DNA from: Chrysomallon squamiferum
Lineage: Eukaryota; Animalia; Mollusca
DNA: 64,000 bases
NCBI GenBank assembly: GCA_012295275.1
Contig: CM022670.1
Span: 41,044,001-41,108,000 of the forward strand
Reading direction: 5' to 3'
Part shown: positions 58,602-64,000 of the stretch, in pieces
Numbering within the stretch: position 1 is the first letter of the stretch
How the letters are laid out: every line of letters begins with the position of its first letter
Position numbers and translations under genes: made by a program
The notes under the pieces: generated by a model
What the model was told of the DNA's origin: nothing
Database searches by the model: none
The model's input: the letters and a program-made list of their open reading frames with translations, nothing else

Positions 58602-58859
58602 TGTGTTAAATAAAACAATACTATGTTAAAAAGTCACTGTAACAATCTGGATATTACCTGTTGCAGCTGACCCAGGTTTGTAAACTGAAGTGGACACTGA
58701 CAACACGAACATGGGCGTGTCAGTTCTGGGAGTACTGCCGTGTGAAGGTGTCATGCTAACACAAGCTGACAGAGGGGCGCCATTTTTTCTTGCTCCAGCC
58801 TCGTACACAACGAGCAGTAGAAAAAAACCGACAGAGATCCGCATCATAGTGTCACACAT
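55579..58859 (-). CDS. Reeler-domain ('putative defense protein'-like) surface protein, about 241 aa, with signal peptide, S/T-rich stalk and C-terminal hydrophobic tail. Exons 58658-58859, 57156-57292, 56760-56851, 56271-56415, 55579-55728
   Basis: In-phase GT-AG splicing gives Reeler motifs NGAP.SACVSMTPSHG, YKPG, VTL, FKGFFIQ.R, G.F, C, SAITH...K..V.F.WTAP, L.F.VT.VQ.FS.YW. Confidence 0.85.
57602..58366 (+). mobile_element. Internally deleted Tigger/pogo (Tc1/mariner superfamily) DNA transposon remnant in Reeler gene intron 1
   Basis: Peptide (T)DPKKTSAKDSAENK..MMSVELKLEFIEKHDRGVHVVDLARQYERSTSTICT.LK.KDSIK is a CENP-B-type N-terminal HTH; its start appears mutated to ACG. Right TIR revcomp CAGTGGTACCTTGACTTACGAG followed by TA (58367-58368). 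The degenerate left end shares ACTTACGAG. No DDE domain. Confidence 0.85.
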
Positions 58860-60530
58860 TCTGTAACACAGGGTTGTGATATTATACTTACATTCATATA
58901 TATATATATATTCATATATATATATGGAGAAACAAACATGCAAACAAACGTACACCTATATACATTCTCATGTACAGAACTATACATATACATACATACA
59001 TAAATGCGTTTATCCAAATGCATACATACATATATACGAACAACACACAAAAATGCCTATAAGCATATATTCATACACAAAGCTTACCAACGTATACGCA
59101 CCCGCACACACATATATACGTATACGGACACATTCAAATCGAAAACTTCATTGTATAGATCGATCAGTTCACCTACAGTGACAAAATCATCTATGTAATA
59201 AAAATGTGATGGCAATTTAATACAGAAAGAGCAACACACGATTATTTTGATATTGTTAACCTTGGTCCAGTTACAGTGAACTTGCGGCATTATGACTTAT
59301 AACAGAGTAATATATTTTATCTACTTCCACATAGCTGTTTACAGAAGGACGTATACATTTTGGGTTTAGGTTGTGTTATGTCATAAATATATATCTAAAG
59401 AAGAACAAACACGATAGGCTATGAAATAAACAACATATACAAGTCACAAATTAATGAACTAGAAAAAGGGCTGTCTTAACATACACAAAGAAAAATAATG
59501 CTCTAGGGACCCTGTATAACGAAAGACTTATTGGCATCAGGCCGTAGCATGGAATACATGAGCCTCTAGACTAGTGGGACCTTTAGATGGCAGTGACTAT
59601 TTAAACTACATGTTAGCGACGCCACAGTGATATTTGAACAAGAAGAAAAAAATATCGCATAAGATTTATTTAAATTATTTACTATCCTCAAATAAGTATC
59701 TAAATCAATATTCCACCAATACAAAAAATACTAAAATAAATATAATGTAATATAACACAATATAATAAAAAGAAAGAAAGAAAAAAATATTTCTGTAAAT
59801 TTGTATGCATTTCCATCTAAATATCTCAGTTGTACTTGACTTGATCTGAACATCACATAGTAGGGCACTTTTTAATATCTAACATAGGAACTATCAGGGC
59901 CAATCTCTAAAAATTAATTATATCCATCCCTATCCATCCTATCCACTAATTAATTATGATGATTACGTATCAACATTTTTATCAGGAATTATTCGAAAAT
60001 TGTCTACATGCTGACTGATTTTTCATCCTTACCTCTCGGTTTCCCAAAAGATGTCGACATTATTCAAGGTCAAATATTTGTATGCCTACATAAAATATCC
60101 CATGGCTGAAAGCCTGTTTACAACCACCTCGGCCAAAATCATTAGACAGTGACCATCTATGGTTAGCTGATTCGTAAAGAAGATGCACTATTATTTATTT
60201 ATTTATTCTTATTCTTATTCTTCTTCTTATTATTAATTAATGTTTTTATGATGCTAACAATATCCCTTATTAATTTATAAGGTATATTTTAAGTTATTGA
60301 CTTATAATTATTATGAAAGATTGTACAACAATAACAGTGAAAGTAACAACAACAACAACAATAATAATATGTATGCGCGCATGTGTGAAACACTCATGAG
60401 TATAAATGCGATGGGTTTAGTGGGTTACGAAGAGGTGCAAATGCAGATTGCTAATAAAGTATGCTGATAGCTTAAAAATGCTTAAGTTCACGTGTCTGTT
60501 TATGTAGGTGACGAACTGAACAATGCTATT

Positions 60531-60608
60531 ATATACATACATACATATATCTATATCTATATCTATATCTATATAGATATAGATATAGATATATGTATGT
60601 ATGTATAT
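60531..60608. repeat. Microsatellite-built inverted repeat with 36-bp arms
   Basis: ATATACATACATACATATATCTATATCTATATCTAT is followed after a 6-nt spacer by its exact reverse complement. Confidence 0.85.
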
Positions 60609-60628
60609 ACATATACAGAGAGAGAGAG

Positions 60629-60670
<42 letters not shown>

Positions 60671-61333
60671 CTAAGATATATCTTTCTGGCTTTCAGTTCA
60701 ATAACTGATGCGAATCTTAATAAAAAATGTCTTTGTTAACTTTTCGCAATTAATTGTGTTTTCTGGCATTCTTAATTAAAAACCAACAAAATTATAGAAC
60801 TTTATACTCTGCTACATTTTAAACTGCACTTGTTTATGTGTAAGCAGGTGCTCGTTGTTATTGGTAACCAATGAATCCAAAATGGCGTTTGCTCTCACTG
60901 TGTTTCACGTCTGCCTGTAAACTAAAGTAATGCTGATGAACACACAACTGTAAAATATAAAATCTGGTTAGCTTTTTTATATATCACTTCAATTACATTA
61001 TTCACAACAAACCATCAGTTTATAAAAAAATTTAAAATGGTTTTAATTTTGATCCTGAATGTAAAGAGTCGTTGGTAACAATACAAAACAAATGTTTAGG
61101 GAAGCAAAACGGAAGTTAAATATCCAAATTTTCAAATAATAATAATAATCAACGAACGAGTTGGAATTTTTTTTTCGTAAAATGATAAAATGAAAATATA
61201 AACAAGTTTTAATGAATGCAGCCGTACAGTTGAGAGCAAACAAATGGGAATCAAATTGTGTGTGTGTTGTGTGTGTTATCAGTAATGAAGTACACTTTTA
61301 AATTTTATATTTTATTTTAAGTTTAGAGTGAAA

Positions 61334-64000
61334 ATGGATGAAATAGACTATAAAAAGAAGAAAAAGAAAAAATCTAAAATATCACCTACCGAGGAAGTCA
61401 GTAACACAAGAGGAAAAGAAAATAAAGAATTTGCTATGGATAATCTCAATCATGTTAGGTGAGAAACATATATTAACTAAAATATGAAATAAGCAATGTG
61501 ACTATAATGTCTGTTGTATTAGAAAAAAACCCACTTGTTTTGACTTGGTTTTTGTTTTTGAGCTATCATCAATGAAATTAGAAAGTTCCAACAAATTATT
61601 TTAAATTACCTTTATTTTTATCTTTTAATTATATATCATATATGATTAATCATTTTTATTTATTAATTAATTAATTAATTATTTTTACAAATACATGAAA
61701 GAAAATTCATTTATTAAATGACAGGTATTTTTAATACAATTTACAACATACACTGGTAACAGATTGTTTTCTTTCATATCCCTTTTTATATTTATTTTTA
61801 TATTTTATTTTTATTATTATTATTTTTTTGTTTTATGCAAATAAACAAAATTCCTTCCGTAAACAAGAAAGATCAAAATTTAAGAACAAGTCTGGATCAC
61901 CAAAATTATTCTACCAGTTTGATTCCATTTTTCTTTCATTCACATTATTTTTCAGTAATTTTAAAGATGTAGTAATGGAGGTTGGGCGTAATAAAAATTT
62001 TCTTCAAGCAGTTACTAATGTCAGACACCAAGCCTTAAAATGGAAAGGTTATGTGACCAAAAGAAGAATTCAAAAACAAACACGTACAGTTAATCGGATG
62101 TTTATTTATTTCATTACTGGACTAAACTTTTATTTTTTAATTTAACTTTTTCTTTAACTTTGTGTGTGTGTGTGTCTTGTTGTTTTTATTATACTGTTGT
62201 TGTCTTCGGAATGAGATTTGTCATTCTAGACTTGTATGTGATTAATTAATTTACATCAAAACAAAAATCCTGAAATGCCTACTCAGTATGTATAAATATA
62301 AAAACAGCAGACTAATATGTTTAGTCCATCAGTTTGCCTTCATTCAACTTACTGATGTATATTCACACACACATAATGTAATCCTAGAAAGTCACTTGTA
62401 TATATTAAAATGATTAGAGCTAAAATCTTGAATATTTATAAGTTGACTAACATCATACAAATGACACAAACTTCTGCTTTGTTAATAGCTGTATAAATTG
62501 ATAATTAATATTATGAAAATCCCATTTTTTGTTCTGTTAATAGCTGTATAAGTTGAAAATTAACATTATTTTTCATTCTTGTTACTGAGATTTATTTTAT
62601 ATTATTAAAAAAATCAAATGTGACATTAGTTAGCAGTATTTTGTAGTTCAGACATGATTTTAAACTGCTTTATTTGTGGCAATAGATATGAATGGCTTCA
62701 TTTTTTAAATTATTTATTTTGTTTTATATATTATTATTTAATTTTCTAAATTATTAAAAAGTTAGTTTATTTCCTGATTAGGTATCTTTATTTAAGTTTT
62801 GTTTATGTTTTAGGTTTTAAGGTTTCATTAAACATAAGTTGAGTAATTTCTGTTTTGGTAACATGTTTAAATTCTGCAATACTATGATTAACATCTGCAG
62901 CTCATTTTCCATACTGTAGAATATCAGAGGTAATGTCAGAGGTTTAGTTAAATACTGTTAGCATTACGTAATTGTTTCCAAATGCATTAAGTCACACTTT
63001 TTACTTAAGTTACACTGTGGATTACTGTTGTTTACTAGCAACTAATTAACAACCAAAATCTGAATTTTTATCATTTTTTAAAATCTGCTGGCCACTGGTG
63101 TTGTAGTAAATAAATACAAGGTTATATCTTAAAATAGAAAAATAAATATAAATAAATAAAATAATAATAATAAATGAATAAATAATTATAACATAAGAAA
63201 AATGTTTATGAAATTATTTTGGTACAGTTCTTGTATGTAACTATTCTAAAGGTTACATTATTTAACGATGATGATGATATGATGATGATGATGATTGTGT
63301 TGTTTTAAAGCATGGCCTGATAACATAGAACTATTTCTTTGAATTGTCTTTTAATACTTAAAATAAACTAACATTTTTTTCACTAAAACTTATTTTTACT
63401 AAACTGACAGCTGATGAGTGTCCATCAGGTATGTATTGTAGTTACATAGAGTAACAAACTATGCATGTTATTTGATGTTGGTAGATTTTATTTAAAACTA
63501 ATCACATCATGCTTCAGCGACAAACAAGCTTTTCAGTATTGCTGTTACATATGCTGCATTGTCTATAAAGTAAAACAAAAAAAAAGTTTTTAAAGTTAAG
63601 GTTGTTAAAAGTTCATGTTTCTTATTTTTGCTTTTATATATATTTAAAAACTGTATTGTATGTCTGTCACAATTTTCATTCCTTTGCAAATTTCAATTTA
63701 TTTATTTATTCTATTTTTATTTATTTATTTATTTTATATCATACAATATTTCATCTTATGATTTTATATGTAGATTAATAATAATAATAATAATAACAAC
63801 AAAAATAATTTCAATTTCATAATCAGCTGTGTTTTAATTGACCTTTTATTATAGTTTTTGTATTTTTTCATGTCTTTATCAATTTATTCACTGACTCACA
63901 TTTTAGTCCAGATAAATTAGAACAAAACTAAAAACTGAAGAGTTTTTCATTTTTCATTTCTATTTTTATCAGAGATCTGAAGATGATCTAATTTCACTTA
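61334..64000 (+). CDS. 5' part of an unidentified protein gene with micro-exons: 61334-61458, 61956-62047, 62901-62929, 63411-63428, 63973->64000
   Basis: Five segments with YAG/GT ends join in one open frame (phases 2,1,0,0): [97 protein letters not shown]... Family not recognised. Confidence 0.55.

Noticed and set aside
59538-59628. Possible degenerate hAT MITE (CAGGCCGTAGC ... GCGACGCCACAG)
   Set aside because: TIR match is too weak and there is no TSD.

Overview
AT-rich, microsatellite-rich, intron-containing animal genomic DNA. The gene set and the single actin intron after codon 41/42 suggest a lophotrochozoan, possibly a mollusc (inference). Genes assembled by hand from GT-AG junctions, left to right: ERMP1 (-, 14 coding exons); ZRANB2 (+, 8 exons); LRRC42 (-, 5 exons) head-to-head with HSPB11/IFT25 (+, 4 exons); a U4 snRNA (-); a conventional actin locus (-); about 13 kb of CArG-containing non-coding DNA; a divergently transcribed, highly diverged actin (+); tRNA-Thr(AGT); a probably GPI-anchored Reeler-domain gene (-) with a Tigger/pogo remnant in an intron; and the start of an unidentified micro-exon gene (+). 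The most striking structure is the conventional actin locus. ONE first coding exon (aa 1-42) is followed by TWO complete, intact tandem copies of the terminal exon (aa 43-376), each with its own acceptor, 3'UTR and poly(A) signal. This predicts two actin isoforms differing at 4 residues, made by mutually exclusive last exons with patchy sequence homogenisation. The divergent actin has a Q137E/D154N active-site swap and M44L/M47L in the D-loop. All coordinates and counts are manual; no searches were run.
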